A stretch of DNA of 39,019 nucleotides from Hyphochytrium catenoides. Its lineage: Eukaryota; Protista; Hyphochytriomycota. The position numbers were made by a program, and so were the translations under genes. The stretch spans positions 1-39,019 of the forward strand of contig FLMG01002943.1 in the NCBI GenBank assembly GCA_900088475.1. The letters run 5' to 3'. The notes under the pieces are model-generated. The model had not been told where the DNA came from. It did no database searches and saw only the letters and a program-made list of their open reading frames with translations. Positions 22,488 through 34,210 of this stretch are shown here, piece after piece. Every line of letters begins with the position of its first letter. The stretch's first letter is position 1.

Positions 22488-23320
22488 AGACTTAGAGAAT
22501 GGTATCCCTGGCTAAGGTGGTGGAAGAGAGTGAGGAGGGTGCGATAGGGGAACGCGGGGGAGATCGGAAGAGAGAGCGAGAGCGCCAGAGAGAGAAAGAG
22601 AGCGAGAGAGAGAGAGAAAGAGAGAGAGTATAGCCTCTTATACCAGAAGATAGTCTCCTTCTCAGACGATCCCGATGAGTGCACATCTGAATGCCCGGTG
22701 GCTATCTCCTGCTCTTTCTCTTTCTCATCTGCCCAGCGGATAACCTTCGTTCCTTTCCTTCGCCAAAGGAAAGGATGACACCGCTCTCCAAGAGAAGAAC
22801 GAAGAAGGAGAGAGAGCGAGAGAGCAAACGAGAGCGAGAGCGAGAGAGGTGCTGAGACAGAAATGACAGGGAAGAAAAGAGAGCTCTCTTCACTATCGAA
22901 GACCTTGTCAACTGACTAGCGGGGCCCGTCGAGCTCGATAAGACAGTTTATGACAGAGATAGGAGAAGCGAGTTGATTTTTGCTTTCAAGTCAACGGCAT
23001 TTGGACGAGCAGACCCAAGAGACAAGCTGAGCTTATCAGGAGAGGGGGAGAGAGAAAGAGAAAGAAAAGAGAGAGAGAGTCTGTGTTTTTGACTGATTGA
23101 TAGAGAGAGAAGGAGACGGAGAAGGGATAGAAGTGTGAGAGGCGAGAGCCAAAGACAGAGAGCAAGAGCACAGAGCACAGAGAATTTTCAAAAAGGTCTA
23201 GCTAGCAGTGCACAGTTGAAGGGCCAGCACTACTTGCCGCCGCTGGTCTGTGGCTTGCAGATGAGATGATGATGCGGTGACAGAACAGAGAGAGTAGTTA
23301 CGGATGCCTTTCTAAAGCGG

Positions 23321-23360
<40 letters not shown>

Positions 23361-23540
23361 GGAGTCTTGCCTCCTCTTCCATGCCAAACTCAACATTCGT
23401 TGTTCTCTATCATTCTGTCAGTCGTGGCTGCCTTTCCTTCCCTCCTGACCCTTGGAAGGCTGGTTGGTTTATCCTCTTCCGCTGCTTGGCTGTTGGAGAG
23501 AGTTTTGGTCCTATCAGAAGCATGTCATGAGTGGCTCTCT

Positions 23541-23577
<37 letters not shown>

Positions 23578-23673
23578 TGTGTTGGATTGGGGTTCTTTCC
23601 TCCCCGCGCCTCAACCTATTCACTCCCTTCTTCGGCACTTGGCAGGATGGACTCTGTTTAGAGGAACTAGAAA

Positions 23674-23756
23674 GTAGAGAGAGAGAGACAGGAGAGAGAA
23701 GGGTGAGAAAAGACAGCAAGAGAGAGAAAGACAGAGAGAGAAAGAGAGAAAGAGAA

Positions 23757-23801
<45 letters not shown>

Positions 23802-23832
23802 CAAAGAGAAAGAGAGAGAGAGGGAGGGAGAG
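23674..23832. repeat. Long imperfect (GA)n microsatellite
   Basis: Direct reading; representative of dozens of GA/CT tracts in the window. Confidence 0.95.
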
Positions 23833-25284
23833 CAAAGATAGTTTCAGATAAGAAGCCAGACCAAAAGTTGTGAGGATGGAGAGACAGAGTCATCTCTCCT
23901 CCACAGTAAGTTTCTATAGATTCCAATACTGAAATAGTTATTCTTTCAATAAGCAAGTTATAGACTCCAATGTTTCAAAACTGATACTTTCAACTTCAAA
24001 TACAAATCTCCCCCAGGAGCACAACACACTGCAAAGGATTATCAACGCTAGAGTTTGTCGCTTCTTCTTCCTGATCTCTCTTCCTCTTCTCCTCCTCTTC
24101 TTCCTTGTAACTCGAAAACCTTTTATCCTACTTATCTTTCTTTGCCGTCTTCTTCTCTATCTTTTTATGAGGAGGAGGAGGAGGAGAACAGGGTTGTGAT
24201 GGTAGGGATGTTTGAACGAGGATCGATGAGGACCTTGATCCCAAGAAACCCGAGAAGCACCAGCCACTAAATATTATTAGCCGCAGCTGGGGAGAGGCCG
24301 AGAAGATGTTATAATTATAAGAAGTTTCGATTATTGCTTGAACTAAGACCAGCGAACTTTTTAGAAGCAATGAGGCTTGTTCCTATCATATAACCAGACA
24401 ACTGCTGCCGCCCCTGCTGAAGGAGCTCTTCGCTATTCGTGATGATGATCTAAGGCTTACTACTAGTAGTAGAAGCCGTTTTTCCGCTGCAGATGGTTTA
24501 AAGGCAAAGGAAATGTGGGGTTTGTGATGGTTGTTGGGCACCGGTCATCCTGTTTTTCAGGAGAAGCCATCTTACCTATAAACCGCCAACGCAAGGAGAG
24601 TTTGGTTGCTAGTAAATTGGGCTTACTGGTAGACTGATGGCGCTCTCGTAGCAGCAGGACCACGTTTAAGGGCAGACGGATGTTATCATCACCATTCCTT
24701 GCAACTTATGAGTAGCAGCAACACAGTTGGTAGCAGACATCGAGAGTGATGATGATATTGATGATATGCGACCTCACTCGAAGAATACCTCGTCGCCTTC
24801 GGAAGCTTGAGGAACGAGGACCGAGGATGAAAGCATCGGACAAAATAAGCAGCAACAGCACCCAACGAGTGAAGGAGGAATCTGGTTCACTTCAACGATC
24901 CGAAGAAGACTTGTTGTCGTGCAAATACTAGGCCTTTTATTTATAATAATAACATTAGTCCATGTGGTTTGTGCCGACCATCACTCGTCATCATCAAGAA
25001 AGGTCAGTAACTGATATGTGTTCATACTGGTTATCAACCTAGAAGCGTACTTGATAACCGAGTCTAGATGACTCTGTCGTTAAGGGCCTGGGTTGCTCAT
25101 GTCGCTCAAATTCTTATCTAACACTCTCTATATAAGGGTCATCGCTTGAAGAGACACTCTTCCCACTTTTCTGATGCCGAATCCCCAGAAAATGAGGCGC
25201 CGCTTCTCTTCTCTCCTCCTCCTGGCCTCTCTCTCTCGCACTCTCTCTCTCTCTCTCTCACTCTCTCTCTCTCTCTCTCTCTCG

Positions 25285-25314
<30 letters not shown>

Positions 25315-25322
<8 letters not shown>

Positions 25323-25354
25323 CTCTCAATCTCTCAATCTCTCAATCTCTCAAT
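25315..25354 (+). repeat. (CTCTCAAT)x5 tandem repeat at the end of a (CT)n tract
   Basis: Five perfect 8-bp units directly after the CT microsatellite at ~25228-25314. Confidence 0.9.
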
Positions 25355-25866
25355 CTTCCTCGGTTTAGCTCATTCCTCCCTCCCTTCTCCCTCCCTTATC
25401 TCTCCCTCTCCTCTTTCAGTCCCACTCTCTCCCGTCTCTTCTCTCCTCACTCCCTCTCGTTCTCTTTCTCTCAATCCGCTTCCGCCCTCGTCGTTGCGGG
25501 TTCCTCTCTCGCAGTGTCGGCTTCCTCTCTCTCTCCTCACTCGTCGTGGTGATTGACCCCTCGAGATCACTGCCATAATTATCCTTAGTCTCTATTATTG
25601 CTAAACGTTCCTTCAACGTGACTCTGTCAGATAAGGGAGAGGCCACATATCCATGTTATGTTATAGTGCTACCTCCTAAAGACCCGCTCCGCGTCTGGGA
25701 CGGTGTTACGAGATCCTATGTCAGCCTGTCCTTACTCTCAAGCGGTAGGTGAGCACCAGTAAGACGAAGCACGACAGGCGGTGTTGAGAAAACAATCTCA
25801 GTACCTGCAGGACACTTCTTCTTCCAAAGACAAGCGCCTCACCAGTCCGATCTCCTTTGGTATAGG

Positions 25867-27417
25867 ATGAAGCTCCAAAGCAGCTCATCAACGCTTTTCA
25901 CAGCCATTGCACTGGCCCTGGTGCGCCTCTCATCGGTAGCTGACGGCACCGTCCTACCAATCTCCATCGAAAGGCTGAATAGAACCTACCATGAGAAAGA
26001 CTTCAGGCGCCATTTGCAGACAGAGACTCTCAAGAACCAGAATGGCGCCTACTATGCCAGCACAACCTTCTCAGTGGGCGGTCAGGCTTTTCCTTTCCTC
26101 CTTGATACTGGTTCATCAGATCTCTGGATAACGTCAGAGGCGGTGAGCGACCCGTCCACTATTTTCACTTCGTATGGGACAGAATGCTGTCAGGCTGGGG
26201 GCGGTGGGTGCTGCACTGGCTCAAACTATTGCAGTGCCCAAGGCGTAGGGAAAACAGACTGCAGCTTCAGCTTAATTTATGGAATGGGACCCACAACAGG
26301 ACTTGTAGGTCTTACTAGTGCGTCAATAGGGAGCTACTCCTTTGAGACACTACAGGCAGGGCTAGCCACGTCCACGAATAGCGGGACTAACTCTATCTTA
26401 GGCCTGGCCTTTCCTGGCGTCAGGGTCTTTACATCCCCTGTGCCACTGCTCAGCTTGGGGAGCTTTACCTTCCAGTTTAACTCGAACCTCCTAGGAACAT
26501 GGGGAAACAGTCTTCTGCTGGGAAATAGTGCAAATGTTAGTCTTCCCGCGTCTCTCTCCTGGCATACGCTTCCTGTCCTGAAAGATGGAGGACCGACTAA
26601 AGGACAGTATGGCCACTGGTCTGTCACGTTGACTAAGTTCTCTCTAGGGAGCAACACTCTGTCTAGCACTCCTCAGCCGATGCTGGTTGACAGTGGGACA
26701 TCCTATATAATCATCCCCAACCCGCTCTTCAAGCAACTGATCTCCTACTTAGGGATAACGACCAAGTGTACTCTGATGCAAGGGGCGTACACTTGTGCAA
26801 GCATAAAGGGCTTTCCTAGCCTCACGATTAGCTCTGTCACCTCTCCGACGTCGGTCACATCCTTCACCCTCACGCCTGCGCAGTATATGGGGCAGTACAG
26901 TGCAGGGCAATACACTTTGCTCATACAACCGTCTCCTGAGGGCACCACAGAGTGGATCTTGGGCCTATCTTTCATGAGAGCGTTTCCTTATGTTCGCTTT
27001 GATGCCAGTCGCGATGACGCCGCGACTATCAGCTTTGCTTGTGGCTCGGCTTGCGTTTCTAGCTATGCAGACAACACTCCTCTTGACGACTCAGAGGACA
27101 AGAATGACGCCGCAGAGGGACACAACTGGGTGTACTACGTGACAGTGATAGGCATTCCTGTCGTAGGAGCCATCATTGTACTCTTTGCTATTTTCGCTAT
27201 TCGTGGGCGAATCAGACGTAACAGAGCTAAGAGACAGCTGGCTCTGCAGCAGCAAAAGAGAGACCAGCACGAGCGACTGCAGGTACAATTCTACAATGAA
27301 ATCGAGACGCCTCCTCACTTTGTCGTGGACACCACGCCCCATCGGCCTCAGCCTCCTAGGGCTACGAATAGAGATGGAAAGACTCATCGAAGTCAAGCGC
27401 TTCATGCGTCGGTGTAG
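25867..27417 (+). CDS. Pepsin-family (A1) aspartic protease, type I membrane protein, intronless, 516 aa
   Basis: Signal peptide; catalytic motifs LLDTGSSDLW (Asp codon 26104) and LVDSGTS (Asp codon 26689); flap Tyr in FSLIYGMG; ILGLA and WILGLSFMR psi-loop motifs; TM helix YYVTVIGIPVVGAIIVLFAIFAI followed by basic RGRIRRNRAKR. Confidence 0.95.
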   Translation: MKLQSSSSTLFTAIALALVRLSSVADGTVLPISIERLNRTYHEKDFRRHLQTETLKNQNGAYYASTTFSVGGQAFPFLLDTGSSDLWITSEAVSDPSTIFTSYGTECCQAGGGGCCTGSNYCSAQGVGKTDCSFSLIYGMGPTTGLVGLTSASIGSYSFETLQAGLATSTNSGTNSILGLAFPGVRVFTSPVPLLSLGSFTFQFNSNLLGTWGNSLLLGNSANVSLPASLSWHTLPVLKDGGPTKGQYGHWSVTLTKFSLGSNTLSSTPQPMLVDSGTSYIIIPNPLFKQLISYLGITTKCTLMQGAYTCASIKGFPSLTISSVTSPTSVTSFTLTPAQYMGQYSAGQYTLLIQPSPEGTTEWILGLSFMRAFPYVRFDASRDDAATISFACGSACVSSYADNTPLDDSEDKNDAAEGHNWVYYVTVIGIPVVGAIIVLFAIFAIRGRIRRNRAKRQLALQQQKRDQHERLQVQFYNEIETPPHFVVDTTPHRPQPPRATNRDGKTHRSQALHASV

Positions 27418-28026
27418 AGGAACGACAAGCTATCGAGATTGACAAGCAGAGAGAGAGATAGCGGAAAGTAGATGACAACGGCTGATTAGGAGCCCTGGCT
27501 CTACGCGCTATAATGTATAAGCAAGAGTCATGGTTTGTGCTCATTAGTTATCTCTGTCCAAGCCTCGTGGAGGCTTGCTGTGGGAACAAAGGGGACTGAA
27601 AGAGAAAGTGACAAAGAAAAGAGAAGAGTGTAGCAGCGAAGAGAGAAAGAGCCTTCCTCTCTCGAAGGAATGACCTGCAACAGCCATTTCCTGCTATTTC
27701 AATCTGCTCCTTCAGTCTTTGTCTCTTTGTTCATTGATAACTCAGGCTCACTCTCCTCTACACGCCTTTTACGCGCTATGACTGGACTGTTTGGATTCCG
27801 TCGATCATTTCCCTAAGGATAGACGACTGTGAATGCTCTCACTGTCAGGGGAACAAAGGGAGAGAGAGAGAGGCAGAGAGAGAGAGATTTCTGGACAGCA
27901 TTTGGATGGCAATCGCTTCTTTCTTATAGGAAGACACTTTGCTCATCTACTAAATGACCCTGCTCACTGATCGCAGCACATTTCTATCCAGTTCTACTGA
28001 ATGACATCGTCTTCTCTTTCTTACTA

Positions 28027-28027
<1 letters not shown>

Positions 28028-28084
<57 letters not shown>

Positions 28085-28090
28085 CTCTCT
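28028..28090. repeat. (CT)n microsatellite
   Basis: Near-perfect CT run immediately downstream of the stop codon of the 28094-28779 gene. Confidence 0.95.
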
Positions 28091-28093
28091 GTG

Positions 28094-28779
28094 TCACGTT
28101 GCGAGCTTTTTGGGCGGGTTAACCTTTCTGACTGCTTCTTCAATCTTCCTCGCGACGTCTTCTGGCTCCTCCTCTGGCGCCACCTCGATAATTAGCTTTC
28201 TGTATGTCTCGTGGTCTGTAAGGTCAATGCCGATGGTTCTCTCAGCCTTGGACATGTAATAGAAGTCTCGAGCCTCATGGAGGTGGAAGAACGTCCCTGT
28301 AAGAGAGAGAGCGCCAGAGAGAAGGAGTGAGAGAGAGAGAGAAAAAAGAGAGAGAGACACACAGAGTAAGTGAGAGAGAGCGTAACAGAGAGAGAGGAGG
28401 AGAGAGAGAGAGAGAGCAGTAGCTGACGGGTATAATGAGCGCTGGAGAAGACGAGAGAGGCACAAAGCCGTAGAGAGAAGAGAGAGAGAATGGCACCTAA
28501 TGAGAGACAGAGGCAAAGGGAGAGAGAGAAAGAGAGAGAGAAAGACAATGATATCCCCTCGTCCTGACCTGCTGTGAAACCTCCTGGTACTTCTGTTCCC
28601 ATCTTGAAGCCTTCCTTCAAACATCTCCGCGCCTCCTCTGGCCTCACTCTGACGGGCAGACTGATGGCCGCCAGAGGAATAGAAAGATCTGAGAACTTTG
28701 CAGCAGCCAGTTTCTCCCAGACAGAGAGCTTGATTATCAGCGTCTGGTCCTCGGTGCTCGCAATAACTATGCTGGGCAT
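28094..28779 (-). CDS. Small bacterial-like hypothetical protein (possible PH-like fold), 2 exons, 137 aa
   Basis: Exons 28569-28779 and 28094-28296 join by a phase-1 GT-AG intron filled with CT repeats. Product: MPSIVIASTEDQTLIIKLSVWEKLAAAKFSDLSIPLAAI...KMGTEVPGGFTAGTFFHLHEARDFYYMSKAERTIGIDLTDHETYRKLIIEVAPEEEPEDVARKIEEAV. The family resemblance is from recall and is unverified. Confidence 0.8.
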
Positions 28780-29071
28780 CTTCCTAGGTGTTCCTCTGTC
28801 TCTCGTTGTCTCTCTCTATCTCTCCGTCTCTCTCTTATTCTTTTGGTTTTGGTCTACAATCTCTCTCTCCTTCGATTCTCTCTACGGATGCTCAAGCTTC
28901 TACGGCTTGGGCGGCGCCTTCAGCTTGTTGGTTAGCTGGGATTTTTGAAGTTGAAGAGGCAGACATGACTGGATGCTTGTAGAAGGTTTGGAGTGAAAGA
29001 GTAAGATCAAGGAGGAGGGTGAGAAAAAGAGAAAGGACAGAGACAGAAGAGGGAGGGAAAGAAGAGGGAGA

Positions 29072-29114
29072 AGAGAGAGAGAGAGAGAGACAGAGAGAGA
29101 CAGAGAGAGAGACA

Positions 29115-29172
<58 letters not shown>
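29072..29172. repeat. (GA)n microsatellite with GACA interruptions
   Basis: Direct reading. Confidence 0.95.
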
Positions 29173-29174
<2 letters not shown>

Positions 29175-29979
29175 AGACTAACCAACATGATGGTTTAACA
29201 TCAGCAGTCATTGACAACAACGCTTCAACAGTCACAGGAGGGAGAGACAGAGAAGAAGAAATTACACAATGAGGGGGTTGAGGTATGTTGTCGTTTGTAA
29301 ACAATAACTGTTGGAACGAGGAAGAGTATGGGAGAGGGAGACAGAGAGAGAGAGAGATCTGGGAGTTATTGTAGAGTGATGGTCAGTGGTCAGTTCCTCC
29401 TCCTGCCGCATCATAATCAACATCGTGGGACAGATTACGGAGTAACTTTTTTCTTCCCTCTGTCTCTCCTCCTTGCTTCTCTCTGTGTCTCTGTCTCTCT
29501 CTCTCTCTTTATCCCTCTCTTCAGGTTTTGTCATCATCTCTTGTGTTTCCTCTGTCTCTGCTTTCTCCTTCTGCTGTCCAGTCCGTTGCTCCTCCATTCT
29601 CTCTCTCCCTTGCTACGACCTCTGTCTTTCTCCTCTGTTTGGTGTCTCCTCCTCGTACGTGCTTGCTCCCTATTTCCCCACCCTGTCCCTGCTCTGTATG
29701 ACGGCTTATGCTTGTTAATCCACCGTCTTCCTCTCTTTCTCTTCCGCTTGGATTGTACAGCAGAAGAGAGAGACAGAGACTGACCGCAGTGGGGAGAGAG
29801 AGACAGTGATAGAGAAGAGAGTAAGGCATAACAGCGGCAATAATGATGGGGAAAGGGAAATAGCGGCGGAGGACAAGGGCAGAGAGAGAGAGAGACAGAC
29901 AGATAGAGATAGGGAGAGAGTGAGAGAGAGAAGAGACGTCTTCCAACTACTGAAGATAACGCTAGACTTTGTTTCTTTT

Positions 29980-30665
29980 TTACTTTAGCTCTAAAGGAAG
30001 AAGCTTGTTGGTTGGCACGGCCTCTCTTAGCTCTAGGAGACTCTCTCCTCCTCTCTCTCCTCCAGAGAGAGGAAGAGAAGGAGAAGCTTCTAACGCTTTT
30101 TGAAGACTAAGAAGCTTCTCCTCCAGCTGTCCGATCTGTTGTCGCTGCATCTCCACCTCCTTCCACAGCTGCTCATCGTTGTTGCCCTGCGACTCACCTG
30201 ACGAAGAGTGAGAGGAAGCGGGGTAAGGAGAAGAGCGCGCGGGGAGGGAGAGAGAGAGAGAGAGACACGGCGAAAGATAAGAGGTACACATGCTGCCAAG
30301 TTGAGAGAGAGACGAGAAAGGCGAGGAAGTCTGAGAGGGAAGATAAAAGTCTTGTCTTCTACGAGTGAAAAGAGTTGAGAGAAACATAGGGAGAGGGAAG
30401 ATGACAAGGAAAGAGAAGCAAGCAGAGGGAGAGGGTGAGAAGGAGCGAGAGAGAGAGAGAGAGAGAGAATGGAAGATGCCGGGGCGGAAGTGCCAACTTA
30501 CGCTTCTTGTTTGCCACTCCTTCCTCCACCTGCTCCGCCTTCCGATGATAGTATCGTCTCTCTTTCCTTAGCAAGTTCATCTCTCTCGTCAGCACCACCT
30601 GCTCCCGCATCAGACGCATCTGATCTCGGCGATGCATTTTGACGTCTATGCAAAGAGAGAGAGAG

Positions 30666-30713
<48 letters not shown>

Positions 30714-31234
30714 GTAAGGATGGATATAAAGGGAAGAGATAGAGTTGGAAAGTGAGAGAAAGTAGAGCTGAAGGAACATGAAGCGAGAGTGAGCTAGAGA
30801 CATAAGGAGAGAGAGACAGGAAGTTGGAAACCGAGAGAAAGGGAGAAAGGGTGAGACAGGAAAAGGAACGGAGAGAGAAGAGAGAGAAGCGGATCGGGTG
30901 GGGGGAAGAGAGTGAGGGAGAGAGAGACAGGGAGAAGAAGAAGAAGAAGAAAGGCGACAGATACCTTTTGCTAGCTTTCTCTGCAGGGTATTGATGCTCT
31001 TTTCTAGGTACTCTCTCTGTCTATTGTACTCTTTTTGGAGGTCGACTTCCGTTTCCTGGCCCGCTCCTCTCTCTCCTTCTCCCTTCTTGTCCAGATGTTT
31101 CTTCTGAAGCGCCACCAGTGCCGCGCGGAGTTTCTTCGGGTCATCTACACTTTGCAGGAGCTCGTGCAGATCCATTCTTTTAAACGAAGCGGATGGGGGC
31201 AAGTAGAGAAGAAGCCGAGGAGAAGAGGAATGGG

Positions 31235-31266
<32 letters not shown>

Positions 31267-34176
31267 ACGTGCGACGGAAGAGAAAGACAGGTTAGGATAG
31301 AACAAAGAGAGAGATCAGACCCTAGTTCTCACGATGTAACACTCAACGTCCGCGTTTTTGATCTCTCCTCTCTCTCGTCTATTCCTCGTCTTTCTCTTCT
31401 CTCTCTCTCTCTCTCTCTCTCTGCACTTTCTCTGTTGCTCTCTCCTCCTCTCCACTCCTACTAGGTAGATCTCCCTAACTTTTGGTTCCAGGCTCTCTCT
31501 ATGGCAAGTTTCTTTGTTCACTGTCTGACCTGAACCTCTTGAGCTTGGCACTGCCTTGTTCTCTTGTCTCTGTGAGCGTGTCTCTCTCTCTTTGCATGCC
31601 TTCGATCTTCAGCTTGAGCTCGCCAATCATCAGCTCTAGCGCCTGATGGCTTCGTCGGTACTGCTCCAGCTCCTGCTCCATCTCTTCCAACTGCTGAGTC
31701 AGAGCCACTATCTCTGTCTCCCTTGGCTCTATCTGGTGTTTCAACTCTTTGATCTGTCAGATTGAAGAGAGAGAGACAGAGAGAGACAGAAAGAGAGACA
31801 GAAAGAGAGTGAGGAGAAAGAAGTAGAGAGACAGAGAGAGCGTTGGGAAGAAAGTTGCGGGCAGAGGGAAAAACGAGAGACACAGAAAGGAAGATAGGAA
31901 TGGTGTAGAAAGAGAGCTGTAGCTCTCGAAATGCCAAAAGAAAGAAATGGAGAGGAGAAAAGAGAGAGAGAGAGAGCAGTGGTGGGCTGTACGGAGCGAA
32001 GAATCTAAGAACCGGAAAGGACTAAAACCCGAAAGAATGCACACTTGCGATAGAGAAGAAGAGAAACGAGAAAGACAGAGGGAGGCGGAGGGAGGGAGGA
32101 CGAACGAGAAAGAGACAAAGCGAGCAAACAGAGAGAACCCGAAGCAAAAGAGAAAGCCGCCAACTTGTCTTCCAAGGGAAGAGGGAAGGGCTGAACCTAC
32201 TTTATAGTCAAGGACAAACTTAAACTTCTCCAGCTCTTGGTTCTTCTTTTTCAGGTCAAAAATAGATTTTTCCTTGTCTTGGATGGTCTCTTCTCGATCG
32301 CGAATCTCTTTCTTATGACCCACTAGATCCTTCTGGCAGCCCTGTTCGGAAAGAAAAGCAGAGAGAAAGAGTGAGATAAGCAAGAGAGAGAGAGAGAGTA
32401 GCTGATTAATGAGAAGTATAGGGTCCTTAGCTTAGCTTACACAGAGCATCTGACGTGACTTGCTCAGTCTCTTTCAATTATCGCTTGCCAATCGCTTCTC
32501 TCGTTCCTATCATGCTCTCTCTCTCTCTGTATCGTCTTCGTCTCTCCCTCTTTCTCCCCCTCCATCTGTTCTCCCCAGTTTTCATTTCTTTCCTTCTGTC
32601 TCTCTAGCTCTTTCCTCTTTACTTTCTCATGTTCGGTCTCACTGAGGTATCCCTCTTACCGTGAGGATCTCATTAAGATCCTTGGTCTTTTGCCTCATCA
32701 GGGTGACCTTTCCCTTCTGCGCCTCCACCTCTTCTTGCAGCATATCGAACTTTTTCTTCATCAGGCCTGAAGAACCGCTTCAGCGGACGATCTTTATTCT
32801 CCCTCTCTCTGTCTCTTTCCTCTAGCTCCATCCATTTCTCCCTCTCTAGTCCGTAGCCTCTTTCTCGCTCTTGCTTTCAAGGTGTTTCGCTTTGCTTTGC
32901 TCTCACTTTCTCCTACTACGGGCATCAGTCGTCTTTGTACTTCCTCCTCCTCCAGTCTCCTTCTCTTTCTCTCTCTCTCTTGTCTCTTTCTCTCTTGATC
33001 CCACTTTGTCTCTCTTTTTCTTCTCTTTCACTCATTAAGGGTCTACGTTCCTTCCTTACACAGCCACGCACCACACCCCGGGCTGGGCACCTTACCATGC
33101 TCGCCTTTCAGTCTGAGAGTCTGCTGCCGCTGTTCCAGGAGCTCGGCATTGTACTTCCCTTTGAGCTCCTCAATCTCAAGATCCGCGTCTTCGTCAATTT
33201 TCTTCTGTGTGTCCTACAATGCCATGTTAGCACATATCCCGGCTCCTTTCTGTTGTTTGGGGCGGATGTCACGGCTTCTCTCTGTCATGTTTTCTCTCTT
33301 CTTGGCCCCAGGGAGGCCTTTCTCTCGCAAGTTGGTCTCTCTCCTTGCTTCTCACATTTTACCTTTCTTCCATGCGCTATCCAGGCTCTCTCTTCTTAGA
33401 TGACCCCATCTTTCCGCTCATTCTCTTCTCTTGCTTCCAGTTCTCTTTCCAATGCCAACCATAACCTTAATCTAGCGGTCGCTGTTTCTCTCTCTCTTTC
33501 TCTGTCTCTCTTCTACACATATCCTCCCTTCCATCTTACTCTTCTCTCTCGTCAAAACATCTCTTCTTACTTGCAGCTCCTTGAGGACGCCGTCCTTCAT
33601 CTTCTCAACCTCTTCTTGGCTCTTTTTAGCTCTCTCCTCCTTCTCCCTCAGGTCTTTCAACAGCTCCTCCATATACACTTGCTGCTGGGTCGCCAGGCTT
33701 CTGTCCTCTTCTGCCCATTTGTCTATGAGAAACTGCGTTTCCTCTTCTAGTTGCTGGCACCTAAAGAGGAACCATTGTCAGCCTGCAGCCCAGAAAGAAA
33801 AGAGGAGGCAAATTGTTGTCCCTCTCTACAATGTAAATGGGATAGCGCCTTTTCTTTCTCTCGCTTCTTCCTGTTCTTTGTCTCTCTCTCTCTCTCTCTC
33901 TCTGTGCCTCTGCCCCTCTCTCTCAATCTCTCTTGTTCTTCTACTCCCTATCTCTTTTCCTCCCGGTCTGAGGTGGCGCTACATGTCTTGCTCTTCTACC
34001 TGTTGACTTCAGTCTCGAGCTTCTGCTTGTAGTTCTCCTCCAAGGCCTCAAGATCTCCCTTCTGCACCTCCTCGGACCGCTTTAGCCTGTCCTGGTACTC
34101 CGCGTACCGGTCAGACTTCTGCTCGGAGAGTCCTTGGCAGCTATAACAGAGAGAGATGTGTGCGTGTGTGTGTGTG

Positions 34177-34210
<34 letters not shown>

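Noticed and set aside
28892-29215. Possible tiny spliced minus-strand gene or extra 5' exons of the 28094-28779 gene
   Set aside because: Splice-like signals exist, but the products are under 40 aa, featureless, and do not join the downstream gene in frame.
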